Source: Kiritimatiellia bacterium (GTDB taxonomy: Bacteria > Verrucomicrobiota > Kiritimatiellia > RFP12 > UBA1067). From it: a DNA stretch of 64,000 bases. Position numbers and translations under genes: made by a program. A model generated the notes under the pieces. It did not search any database. It had not been told where the DNA came from and saw only the letters and a program-made list of their open reading frames with translations. Location of the stretch: contig JAZRVL010000043.1 of assembly GCA_045599105.1 (NCBI GenBank), positions 1,103 to 65,102 of the forward strand, written 5' to 3'. Shown one piece after another: positions 9,001 to 15,309 of the stretch (the first letter of the stretch is position 1; each line of letters begins with the position of its first letter).

Positions 9001-11790
9001 GGGAAGGAGAATATTTATGATGGGCCTGGTGGTATCAAGTATGCAAGTATCGGCGAAGCTTATGCTATTAAGTTCACGGTAACGCCGGATGAAGGTTGCG
9101 GCGATGTCGTGGTCTCGGTCAATGGCGATACGACTCGTGCAACGCTTGTCGACGGCAAGTACAAGATTGTGGTAACTGAGGACGATGTCGAACTCGAGAT
9201 CGCGGTCTCGGCGACCAAGTACGTCGCGCAGGTTGGCGACAATAAGTACGCCACAATTGCGGCGGCGATTACCGCTGCGGCTGGTGAGCCGATCACGCTC
9301 CTTGCTGATTCCTCGGAAACGCTCGCAATTAGTAGTGACGTAACAATCACCGTTCCGGAAGGTACGACGCGCACCTTGAGCGGTGCAATCTCCGGCACTG
9401 GTAAGCTCGTCAAGGCGGGCACTGGCATGCTCACGCTTTCGGGCGCGAACACCTTGACGGGTGGCGTCGAGGTTTCGGCGGGCACGCTCAAGGCAAACCA
9501 CGCCAAGGCGCTCGGCAATGGTGGCGGCACGGCCGCTGATCCGGACGCAATCGTCGACAGCGGCGCAACCCTCGACCTCTGCTATAACAGCGGATACAAC
9601 AATGCGCTTTGGATTGTCTCCAATGGCGGTACGATTACCAATAGTGGTAGTGACTTCGGTAATACGGCTAAGTGCATCAAGGGCTTGACGCTTAATGCGA
9701 ACACGTCGATTACCGGCAACAAGCTCAACCTCTATGCGACGAACGGCGATGCGACGACGATTACGCTCAACGGCAATACGCTTGACGTCACGCCTAACGC
9801 CAATAAGGAATTCATGCTCGCGCGCTGCACGGTTACTGGCGAGGAGGGTACGGTTAACATCAATACCGGCGTGCTCGGCATTCGTTCGCCGAGTGGAACG
9901 TATGAGAATATCTTTGAGAACTGCAAGACCGTCATCAAGAACGGTGCGAAGTTGCTCATCGGTTACCATGCAACATTCGCGGATATTGAATTCGCGGATG
10001 GCTCTTACGTTACCGACAACAACAACGATCGTCCGCTTACCGTTACTGGAACGGTGAAGTTCTTGGGTTCGGTCAATTGGAGCGGCCGCATTGAACTCGT
10101 TGTGAACGGCACGCTCGAAGGCACGGCTTCGCTGGCCAAGCTTACGCTTGGCGATGGCGCGACGATTCCAGTGACGAGTGCGATTACGGTTTCGAGCACG
10201 CTTACGCTCCCGAATGAGGGCACGTTCAATGTTGATCTTGGCTCTGCCGCCAGCGGTAACTTCCGCATCATCACCGCGCCTACCGGTTATGAGTGGGATA
10301 CCACCAAGGTCGCGCTCATCGGTACATATGCGGAAGACGACTGGAATATCAGCGGCGAAGGCACGACGCTCGTCGTCAGCAAGCTTCCGCTCAATGCGAA
10401 GATCGTTGAAGCGGACGGCTACAACTTCGGCGAGAAGGTGATTGAGGTTGACGTGACGGCGATCGATCCGACCCTTACGGGTACGCAAATCAAGGTCGTG
10501 ACGACCGATATGACTGGTACGCTGGTTGGTGACGCGACACTCTGCCCGATTGACGGCTCGAAGGGTAAGTATGAGGTTACGATTGGCGGACTTACCGCCG
10601 GCGAGGCCTATAACTTCAATGTCACCTTTGTGGATAGCAAGGGTACGCAGATCGACAAGTCGAAGGAAGCCGACCTCGAAAATATCGCGGTTGGTACGCT
10701 CATCAAGGGCGTCGAGGTCTTCTCGGCCGATGCGAGCAAGGAAGAGGGTCAGCGCGAGGTTGGCGGCGATTGGACGACAACCCAGACCATCACCGACGGC
10801 AAGTATGTCATCAGCGATGATGTGGCAAGTGTGTTTGATGTAACAGCGACTGCGCCGACTGGCAACTACACGGTCGAGTACGATCTCACCTTCGACGATG
10901 GCTTCGTGGCCGAGCTTACGGCAGAAACCGATACGCCAATCGCCGGTCTTACCATCGGCGCTGACGATACGGAAGGAACGTTCAACTGGTATCGTGTGAA
11001 TGGCACGGAATGGGCGAAGCTCGATCAGGCCGTCACCGCCGGACATTACCTTATCCGTATGGCGTTCACCGCTACGACCGTAACCTACTCGGTCAAGGGT
11101 GATACGGATACGGCCTTCACGACCTTGACGCAGAATGAGGTTTCTGAGTTCACCAGAGGTGGTACTGAAGCAGCGGCTATCTCGTCCGTCAGCTTCTCGG
11201 GTGCATCTGCGCTCGCCAAGTTCGTCGCGAAGACCGACGATACGATCGATACCACGATCGCCAACGAGAATATCACCACGGTCGAGGGTGTCGTTGCGGC
11301 ACTCAAGGCAGGTACGGCGATCACGCTCAAGACCAACGTCGCGATTGATACGACCGGTCTTAATGCGGGTACGTACAGCAACATCACGGTGGGAGACTTT
11401 GATCTCTCCTTCGTCGGTAACGATACGCGTGTTGTTAAGTTCGTAGATGGCGTGCTCACGATCTCCTCTGCGGATGTGGAGATTAAGAACGGACAGAGCA
11501 ACAAGGTCAACTCCGACCTCGGTCTCGATCCGACCGATGAAGACGACAAGCCGTTCGTGAAGGCGGTTAATACCACCAACCCGAACGCGGTTGCGTTCAA
11601 GCTCTTCCACGGCACTGAAGCTAAGGAAGTCGCAACCGACACGAAGGCGAAGTTCTATGTCGAAAGCTCGACTGACGCGAGCTTCAGCACGGTCGAGAAG
11701 AGCCCGAGCGCAGGCGTGAAGCAAACGCTTGAAGTTCCGCTTCCGATGGGCGACACCAAGGTTCGTTACTATCGCTTGAAGTTCGACTAA
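1..11790 (+). CDS. Giant modular surface/secreted protein, 5'-truncated by the window edge, with LamG/ConA-like modules, beta-helix/autotransporter-associated (PATR-like) repeats and a C-terminal ...RYYRLKFD domain
   Basis: Frame 1 has no stop from position 1 to TAA at 11788-11790, so the true start is probably upstream. Sequence is G/T/A/N-rich. LamG-like motifs WYQFNG...IDDFRVYRGVALTDEQV; PATR-like GTGKLVKAGTGMLTLSGANTLTGGVEVSAGTL at about 9394-9489. Confidence 0.9.
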   Translation, partial: NNVTVIVKYSGLTTTAVANPTILIANKVVTSDGSSTKCNNTGILLTANNSNKATIYYDGTIRTDNNLTLVGSTKQPIPAESGRFVYSYNAGSATGMYFGENGGALDGSKDEGVKWRDCPLKSISIGSYRSEGSKPTNAQPATGMKIEKIAVIAGTSYLDASGMNELAAYTFPGDPVAMWDKDFSANTPTTLGSGYTLDVNGNSKASDDTYLEVTRSGTTVGGLRFVSSDWTSTATENATVIFKVTDLSATINNEFLISMHHTSTSDAQNDPNGIYLATGLVPKRVGGGGMKADGVTMATGVTSLDTTATERILAFVWRKSGGMTLFETVGGTCKKICDVINQRNDIKFGGFTIGAAKASGGNMNAANGMKVHSLAVFNEALTADQIGAFMFPSDKPDPFIEPDGTGEDENGVTPSFWYQFNGNTTGLGPIAGIGNLGTEYVTDRGGQEKKAIKVANGVADNNSTTEPKTNLASNSTENQPFTVSCIAKITPIADNKALLWCFGSNNDNILLVADTENKQIEIIYNNSNIKYEISVPDITETFHTYVFVGRQNNTTDFYVDGEKQTRVGGWYPNTTKTAFGLASFGLANGSVFSVSGIKGAIGSYIDDFRVYRGVALTDEQVAKIGKNMYSPVPTKATATVGGETLWSEIQWKDGVKPSAELPAEITVNNGVMLYMDGEVDAKSITFKGTGTVLITDYFLTPPTYNVDQITSELIISLATASSLNVDAGANNLSYSYSGEDEISPTLSTTGTLKIDEGSIALTDVVANCHLNIAQNATLKLNLSAAKTINGIEGTGTFVKEGSGTLNVINKVNNGFAVDGTTIQIDGGTFNLDGHNNGDAQAKNATFVIGANGSLAQYAWYNLYGTIVFDNATDKTVLGSNVRTNNDLAFVKRGAGKLTFASSLGSGGNCNGIQSVTVEAGNIHFNNTDVLSPTTLALDFSALVTDATPIDGNFNVNGLSSIRFPEGLAENTPFTLCTGTLTAPETDDTASVYVGEVLKKNATLTYSADNKTVSYSMPTTQDVEISGGAVTLQDIIDAVEAKSEGWTGDVKVMLDSGATLTIDNMTVAYPKIFLVSEGSVAIASSDTTNFAKLNFNDVAGDITITTAIALDFNAGSRNLTYNYTGSGEISPAIATTGSLTLGATNSGVFALTSKISSNLTINQGATVKVMYNNRTAIEGVALSGKGTIIFDANNQGNDSDITTYIKCTFSNAWEGVFWLKNCRGTGCERSPWKLGTVNSIVRYTNCSGWTRTTSTSGAFEATVEFEDDGNNLALIIENGSSGWGADKTVIYNKFIGTGTFKYNWSNKYPIIVRDLSGFNGTINMAKNSAGLTVSPTAAFADITENNGKITIAANGVANIASGKTWNAVSGIDVNGTIGGTGILGDNTTFGAGATLDATKGTLSLASGKTVTFGVTLNITGITALTEDAAVKVLGGTFSSQLLINCRVTIGGSNNYILEQRTDGIYVATATEGDTYTFSNEEKAAISQIELGGVYSTAVKQFGITKLENVPDGYLAWAEGINIYAAKKSDSISIKFTPASAKEGTIATTDTNVGGFPVAGKFWNHSKISTQTTVNAGITEVFYLKDGNGEDAVDPDSNKTVCYYYAPNMYDTNQRNINGRDKQTTGNGKLTYSYFDDPNVAKTFPLVIGTLDEIEYSLPGSPSGNLGWEVAIKNIPYQIFDLYIYQASDSSGTIKLMPIAVRANDGDWKYFGGDGQGSTIPVAANVTWSGAPYCDEPTMVEGTNYIRYRMSRAALGLGDDEKIETVYLSHPDRHDGARLGLAGVQIVQVLNDGYFFRNAECESTDWIADGAWKNGADEISPWMNRDDATKNDAHATIDADEINTININGEIIANEVILKNTAPGDGEDEPVFTFTASEDCSLASPIDATGFHGKLVLCQGMSGVVTLGDNVYIEINVPANTEKNLEEFIPSGITISGGNVNVIGSGTLVCENRLPSDAVALQGADWTGTLWLKNYTWEDWGFGAKGTMNSKIKVTGVKGYGPNSTGGGANPELILEDNNDVKALLVTDGYGNKDYFFRKVTGSGTFGWDPAATAGPQNGHNYIFKDVSGFTGVFDAGAYLRIVVGETAAGTEKGSITFANGVTIKPNNWTAKKAYFGATLNLVSANVNDVIVSGLDTDPGTLPAITVGGVETMFALKYDNGTVKVVAAEEIEITGEASISAINEQAGSIPAIVTIKGENAAVKFDATPNASIKFVAGEGATVLKFVPDADSRFVSLAEIKQFTYTGFTSFKYDWAAGEVISLNFGSNEPDASMSGSGKTDTFAGTQIPDASWINLTGGSGTDVAVGKYYDSVGDETIDISGMTVTYAGGRDGTWAPGNTSDTYRFMNGYLDDENNTHTTVTVKNVPFATYDVIVYMQGDTTDRPFTPISVTSNDETKIYTYVGDEIQEGNFTESNDWGGGNHAEISYEYNVLRITGVSGDATIAPLAMANKANRRTTLAAIQIVNTGNQLRTTWTGAANDGAWDTAGNWDNGVPTADSIAVIPVSSPNDQITVTANSTAKLLVAETYLTGLTLKGAGAWFGGIDGSSPIGINNTDTTNPITISGTISGTPVIGSITLTVDAGVVEFDDVNCTVNIHLQGGATLAGNGTINSIMLERDAILKPDADGFVVTGSWAQDSGEEHKTIKVDGSLITAEEAEDQLTLISLGTDCTGIINDFTAQNFAEGIVVSKTADNKSIVATRNINVTIPTLENAEPTVVADGETITITGGVAAIPYGTASLTVTYTANPGYFFADGSTTKVFNYTNVTTAPMIDVTTIPVTLGEAVSANEQMEFVYHQTLAGAFARSDAMKIMLMKNVTLTEPVSIGCSPVHLDFNGFTISGAFANGAVLTVPNGKQIYLENNQECDAIGGIANTAGGLSIDNAGAVDIKNVDIVGDVSTTAVNGSIRGQTYIEYMFAPTSTVNFILDTPFMQSAPQVWVAKANTSENVTVDGEMKLVTYDGYYYLRNVQINSTAQPDFNIYYVVSLSRIALVEFTDIVNVTVDGKENIYDGPGGIKYASIGEAYAIKFTVTPDEGCGDVVVSVNGDTTRATLVDGKYKIVVTEDDVELEIAVSATKYVAQVGDNKYATIAAAITAAAGEPITLLADSSETLAISSDVTITVPEGTTRTLSGAISGTGKLVKAGTGMLTLSGANTLTGGVEVSAGTLKANHAKALGNGGGTAADPDAIVDSGATLDLCYNSGYNNALWIVSNGGTITNSGSDFGNTAKCIKGLTLNANTSITGNKLNLYATNGDATTITLNGNTLDVTPNANKEFMLARCTVTGEEGTVNINTGVLGIRSPSGTYENIFENCKTVIKNGAKLLIGYHATFADIEFADGSYVTDNNNDRPLTVTGTVKFLGSVNWSGRIELVVNGTLEGTASLAKLTLGDGATIPVTSAITVSSTLTLPNEGTFNVDLGSAASGNFRIITAPTGYEWDTTKVALIGTYAEDDWNISGEGTTLVVSKLPLNAKIVEADGYNFGEKVIEVDVTAIDPTLTGTQIKVVTTDMTGTLVGDATLCPIDGSKGKYEVTIGGLTAGEAYNFNVTFVDSKGTQIDKSKEADLENIAVGTLIKGVEVFSADASKEEGQREVGGDWTTTQTITDGKYVISDDVASVFDVTATAPTGNYTVEYDLTFDDGFVAELTAETDTPIAGLTIGADDTEGTFNWYRVNGTEWAKLDQAVTAGHYLIRMAFTATTVTYSVKGDTDTAFTTLTQNEVSEFTRGGTEAAAISSVSFSGASALAKFVAKTDDTIDTTIANENITTVEGVVAALKAGTAITLKTNVAIDTTGLNAGTYSNITVGDFDLSFVGNDTRVVKFVDGVLTISSADVEIKNGQSNKVNSDLGLDPTDEDDKPFVKAVNTTNPNAVAFKLFHGTEAKEVATDTKAKFYVESSTDASFSTVEKSPSAGVKQTLEVPLPMGDTKVRYYRLKFD

Positions 11791-11811
11791 GCGAGTAACC
11801 GAACGCTAACT

Positions 11812-11850
11812 TCAAACGGCTTGGGGTCTCCTCAAGCCGTTTGAGTTTTT
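11812..11850 (+). terminator. Rho-independent terminator of the giant gene
   Basis: Stem TCAAACGGCTTGGGG / CCTCAAGCCGTTTGA (one G-U pair) followed by GTTTTT, 21 nt after the stop codon. Confidence 0.85.
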
Positions 11851-11903
11851 ATTAAAATTCTATTAAAATTCTTCCTGTGGCAATGGAAAAGTCATGTGAT
11901 ACG

Positions 11904-11912
11904 TGGTATAAT
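11904..11912 (+). promoter_or_regulatory. Extended -10 promoter
   Basis: TGGTATAAT ending 8 nt before ATG 11921. Confidence 0.65.
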
Positions 11913-11920
11913 ATATTTAT

Positions 11921-12220
11921 ATGAGTTTATTTGTTGCGTCATTATCGAAGACATTGTTTTGGGATGTTGATCCTGAGATGGTTGATGAAGTAGAGCATCG
12001 TCGCTTTATTATTCAGCGTGTATTAGAGCGCGGGAATATGCAGGATTGGCGCAATACGAAAAGTCATTATGGATTGTCGACAGTTGTACAAGAGGCGCAA
12101 AAAATGCGTACGCTTAATCCAACTGCGCTTGCGTTTATTTCATGCCTCGGGCAAGTGAAAAAGGAATCATTCCGATGCTTTACCTTACAACACTTACACC
12201 GTCAACATTGGCCTTACTAA
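11921..12220 (+). CDS. DUF6922-like protein, putative antitoxin partner of the adjacent nucleotidyltransferase
   Basis: Motif LSKTLFWDVD...FIIQRVLERG..DW; overlaps the downstream AbiEii-type gene. Confidence 0.75.
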   Translation: MSLFVASLSKTLFWDVDPEMVDEVEHRRFIIQRVLERGNMQDWRNTKSHYGLSTVVQEAQKMRTLNPTALAFISCLGQVKKESFRCFTLQHLHRQHWPY

Positions 12221-12786
12221 AACGCATCCAAGAGCAGGATGCATTTCGTGATACACGACTTGTTGGTGGAGCTGCATTAGCGTTGCATTTTGGGCATCGC
12301 ACATCGTTAGATCTTGATATTTTTGGCACTTGGAAGCCACATTCTTCACTTGAGCTTGCTCTATCAAAGTGTGCTACTAATGTAGTAAAAACAGGGGGAG
12401 AGGATTTACTGCAGTTCTTTACGGTGGACAATGTCAAGATTGATTGTGTCACTCATCCATATGCATGGTTAAAGCCGGTTGTCGAGTCAGATGGTGTTCG
12501 CTTGGCAGACATTTCAGATATTGGCGCAATGAAACTTGCAGCAGTGACTAATCGAGGAACGCGAAAGGATTTCGTAGACATCTACTTTTTATTGCAGCAT
12601 TGCTCGTTGCAACAACTTCTTGAATGGTATTCGCAGAAATATCCAGATGGTAATGAATACCTTGTTCTTCGTAGTCTTGTTTATTTTGACGATGCCGAAG
12701 CTGATCCAATGCCTAAAATGCTAAAACCAGTAGAATGGTTAACAATTAAAACAACGATTGAGGCGGCAGTCAAATCTATCGCATAA
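12175..12786 (+). CDS. AbiEii/AbiGii-family nucleotidyltransferase (type IV TA toxin-like)
   Basis: LVGGAALALHFGHRTSLDLDIF and IGAMKLAAVTNRGTRKDFVDIY motifs; start taken at MLYL (12175). Confidence 0.85.
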   Translation: MLYLTTLTPSTLALLKRIQEQDAFRDTRLVGGAALALHFGHRTSLDLDIFGTWKPHSSLELALSKCATNVVKTGGEDLLQFFTVDNVKIDCVTHPYAWLKPVVESDGVRLADISDIGAMKLAAVTNRGTRKDFVDIYFLLQHCSLQQLLEWYSQKYPDGNEYLVLRSLVYFDDAEADPMPKMLKPVEWLTIKTTIEAAVKSIA

Positions 12787-12794
12787 GGACAACA

Positions 12795-12813
12795 GTTTTC
12801 GGTTTTCGGGGAC
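12795..12813 (+). repeat. Junction motif, copy 1 (GTTTTCGGTTTTCGGGGAC)
   Basis: 8 nt after stop 12786; 17/19 identical to the copy at 15145-15163. Confidence 0.6.
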
Positions 12814-12835
12814 CGCAACTTTGCGGAGGTTTTTT
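12813..12835 (+). terminator. Possible weak terminator
   Basis: CCGCAA-CT-TTGCGG hairpin followed by AGGTTTTTT. Confidence 0.35.
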
Positions 12836-12846
12836 CGGGGTAAATG

Positions 12847-12855
12847 TGGTATAAT
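12847..12855 (+). promoter_or_regulatory. Extended -10 promoter
   Basis: TGGTATAAT ending 7 nt before ATG 12863. Confidence 0.65.
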
Positions 12856-12862
12856 ACGAGCG

Positions 12863-13048
12863 ATGTGCGGAAATTATCGAGTTGTTACCGAATTGACGGG
12901 TGAGGCGAAAATGCTTGCGGAGGCCGCCAAGGCCGCGAGTCGGGCTGCGGTTGCGAAGACTTTTGCCGCAGGTCTTTCCATTGCCGTTGAACGTGATGGA
13001 AAGTTGATTAGCATCGCCCCTGATGGCACGGAAACACCAATCACCTGA
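12863..13048 (+). CDS. Small hypothetical protein (61 aa), probable partner of the zeta-like ATPase
   Basis: ATG directly after the promoter; MCGNYRVV...AVERDGKLISIAPDGTETPIT; ends 9 nt before the next gene. Confidence 0.65.
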   Translation: MCGNYRVVTELTGEAKMLAEAAKAASRAAVAKTFAAGLSIAVERDGKLISIAPDGTETPIT

Positions 13049-13057
13049 TCATAATCG

Positions 13058-13780
13058 ATGCCAATAAATCGTTTTAGGATGATAGCAGGGCCTAATGGTT
13101 CGGGTAAGTCTACACTTGTAAATTGGTTGCAAGACGAGTTCTCGGTTAATTTCTATTCCTTTTTAAACGCAGATGATATTTTTGCCGCAATCAAGAGCAA
13201 TCATGCATACTCTCCAAAGTTTCCGGTATCGCACGATGATTTGCTCGCGTATGTAAACACTTCAACATATGACGAGTCAGCAAAGTGTTTTTTTAGAAAT
13301 GGCGGAATTAACATTGACGGGGATTGCGTTTTGTTTGATGATGAGGCTATCAATTCATATACCATAGCGCTTTTTACCAATTTTTTGCAAGATGAATTCA
13401 TAAAACGTGGAGAGAGTTTTTCGCAAGAGACGGTGTTTTCCCATCCGTCAAAAATTGCGGCATTGAAAAAAGCCAGAGAAGCAGGGTATCGTACGTATCT
13501 TTATTTTGTCGCCACTAACAACGCTTCATTAAACAAGCTTCGAGTGGCGAATCGGCATGCGCAGGGCGGGCATAGCGTGCCTGACGATAAGATTGTTTCG
13601 CGTTATCCGCGCGCAATTGCGCAATTAAGGCTTGCATTGCCTTATCTATCGCGTGCGTTTGTGTTTGATAATAGCGGGCCGGAGATGGATTTCTTAGGCC
13701 AATATGAAAATGGAAGCGGGTGGGTGTTTTCTCGTCCAGTCGACAAGCTTCCTAATTGGCTCGCCTTGGCGCTAGGTTAA
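13058..13780 (+). CDS. Zeta-toxin-like P-loop kinase/ATPase (COG4185-like)
   Basis: IAGPNGSGKST Walker A; NADD, ETVFSH, RVANR...GGHSVP..KI..RY and FDNS motifs. Confidence 0.8.
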   Translation: MPINRFRMIAGPNGSGKSTLVNWLQDEFSVNFYSFLNADDIFAAIKSNHAYSPKFPVSHDDLLAYVNTSTYDESAKCFFRNGGINIDGDCVLFDDEAINSYTIALFTNFLQDEFIKRGESFSQETVFSHPSKIAALKKAREAGYRTYLYFVATNNASLNKLRVANRHAQGGHSVPDDKIVSRYPRAIAQLRLALPYLSRAFVFDNSGPEMDFLGQYENGSGWVFSRPVDKLPNWLALALG

Positions 13781-13781
13781 G

Positions 13782-13796
13782 GTTTTGTTTTCAGGG
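13782..13796 (+). repeat. Junction motif, copy 2 (GTTTTGTTTTCAGGG, degenerate)
   Basis: Immediately after stop 13780; a GGGGTGTCCCC near-palindrome follows at 13830-13840. Confidence 0.45.
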
Positions 13797-13869
13797 CATC
13801 GTTTATTTATTTCACCACGGCGAAAAGCAGGGGTGTCCCCGGTTGCATACTGTTCGCAGTAGATAATGC

Positions 13870-13915
13870 AGTCGGCAAATTCGGTCTAAAAATGCCAACA
13901 TAGTCGGCAGATTCG
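13870..13915. repeat. Direct repeat AGTCGGCA(A/G)ATTCG x2 with 32-bp period, putative operator
   Basis: Copies at 13870-13883 and 13902-13915 (13/14 identical); the second abuts TTGACA. Confidence 0.7.
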
Positions 13916-13945
13916 TTGACAAGCTAATCGTCAATTTGGTACAAT
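13916..13945 (+). promoter_or_regulatory. Sigma70-type promoter
   Basis: TTGACA (13916) and TACAAT (13940) 18 nt apart, with extended -10 TG; 10 nt before ATG 13956. Confidence 0.75.
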
Positions 13946-13955
13946 TGTCGCTACT

Positions 13956-15128
13956 ATGAAGGTAAATTCTAGAATAGTAGCGCGAAAGCTTGATATTAAT
14001 TCGATTTTGAACAAGAAATCGGTATTTTTATTTGGACCAAGGCAATGCGGTAAATCTTGGCTTATCGATCATACTATCAAAGATGCACATCTTTTGGATT
14101 TACTTTCATCTGATACGTTTATTCGTCTCTCGCAACATCCAGAATATATTGAAGAAGTTGGTGTGGATGGCAAACCAATAGTAATTGATGAGATTCAAAA
14201 GTTGCCAGGGCTTTTGGATGAAGTTCATCGGCTCATAGAGCGGCGGGGTTATCGGTTTGTGCTTACGGGGTCAAGTGCGCGAAAACTTCGCAAGCGAGGC
14301 GTCAATCTTTTAGGCGGGCGTGCGCGAGTGAGGCAATTGCATCCATTTTCCGCTTATGAATTGGGCAAAGATTTTGATCTTAAAAGGGCCATTAATTTCG
14401 GGCTACTGCCACCAGTCTGGTTTTCGGATGATCCTGATGAGGAGTTGGCGGATTATATCGACGAGTATCTTCGTCAGGAAATTATTGCCGAAGGAGCTAC
14501 TCGCAATTTGCCGGCGTTTAGTAGATTTCTTGAAATTGCCGCACTATCCAATGGGGAGCAGATTGATTATTCGGCAATTTCTCGGGAAGCACAAGTTCCG
14601 CGTTCAACGGTGCAAGAGTATTTCAGGATTTTGCAAGAGACATTGTTGGCGAATGAGGTTGCGGTTTGGAAGCGAGGATTAAAACGCAAAACGGTGGAGA
14701 CGGCGAAGTTTTATTTATTTGATTCTGGGGTTGCTCGTCGACTTTCACGCCGCGCTGAAACAGTCGAGGGGACGATAGAATACGGACATTTGTTTGAGAC
14801 TTGGGTTCACCATGAATTAAGGTCATATTTGGATTCGCAAATGCGGGATGGGGTCATTAATTATTGGCGAACGCCTTCGGGGAATGAAGTTGATTTCATA
14901 GTTGGAAACGCCGCGATTGAAGTGAAGAGTGGCAAGCACATTGATCGAAATGATCTTTTAGGATTGAGATCAATTGCCGAGGAGGGGGAATTTGCGCATC
15001 GAGTGGTGGTTTGTCAAGAACCTTTGCCGAGGGTTGTTGATGGAGTGGAAATTATGCCAGTTAAATTATTTGTTGATAATCTTTGGTCGGGCAAGTTGAT
15101 TGATGCAACGTCGGTACCCTTGGCGTAA
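13956..15128 (+). CDS. AAA_14 ATPase with C-terminal DUF4143 (wHTH and PD-(D/E)xK-like) domain
   Basis: LFGPRQCGKS, IDEIQK, LTGSSAR, KFYLFDSG and YWRT...EVDF...AIEVKS motifs. Confidence 0.88.
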   Translation: MKVNSRIVARKLDINSILNKKSVFLFGPRQCGKSWLIDHTIKDAHLLDLLSSDTFIRLSQHPEYIEEVGVDGKPIVIDEIQKLPGLLDEVHRLIERRGYRFVLTGSSARKLRKRGVNLLGGRARVRQLHPFSAYELGKDFDLKRAINFGLLPPVWFSDDPDEELADYIDEYLRQEIIAEGATRNLPAFSRFLEIAALSNGEQIDYSAISREAQVPRSTVQEYFRILQETLLANEVAVWKRGLKRKTVETAKFYLFDSGVARRLSRRAETVEGTIEYGHLFETWVHHELRSYLDSQMRDGVINYWRTPSGNEVDFIVGNAAIEVKSGKHIDRNDLLGLRSIAEEGEFAHRVVVCQEPLPRVVDGVEIMPVKLFVDNLWSGKLIDATSVPLA

Positions 15129-15144
15129 GCTGTTTCGCGTTTCC

Positions 15145-15170
15145 GTTTTCCGTTTTCAGGGACAGTCCTC
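15145..15170 (+). repeat. Junction motif, copy 3 (GTTTTCCGTTTTCAGGGAC) running into a GGGACAGTCCT near-palindrome
   Basis: 16 nt after stop 15128. Confidence 0.6.
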
Positions 15171-15173
15171 AGT

Positions 15174-15250
15174 TTGTAACAACTTCACCATTGCTTTTAT
15201 TGCGATAAGTTGTTACAATACACCCAAATTCAATACTGAAGTTGTTACAA
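15174..15250. repeat. Three copies of AAGTTGTTACAA (one inverted, two direct with 32-bp period)
   Basis: TTGTAACAACTT at 15174-15185; AAGTTGTTACAA at 15207-15218 and 15239-15250. Confidence 0.8.
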
Positions 15251-15309
15251 TCATAAAATGAAATCGGGATCTGCCAGAGGAGCTGATTGAACGCGAGAGC
15301 TTACGCTTC

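Noticed and set aside
8386-11724. 1112-aa minus-strand ORF
   Set aside because: Antisense shadow of the giant gene, explained by codon bias; Arg-rich with no recognisable motifs.
11850-11871. TATTAAAATTC x2 tandem duplication
   Set aside because: Short and AT-rich; it could be an insertion scar, but nothing else supports that.
12787-15300. Classical integron attC sites
   Set aside because: I could not find RYYYAAC...GTTRRRY boxes with long imperfect palindromes; there is no intI and the modules carry their own promoters.
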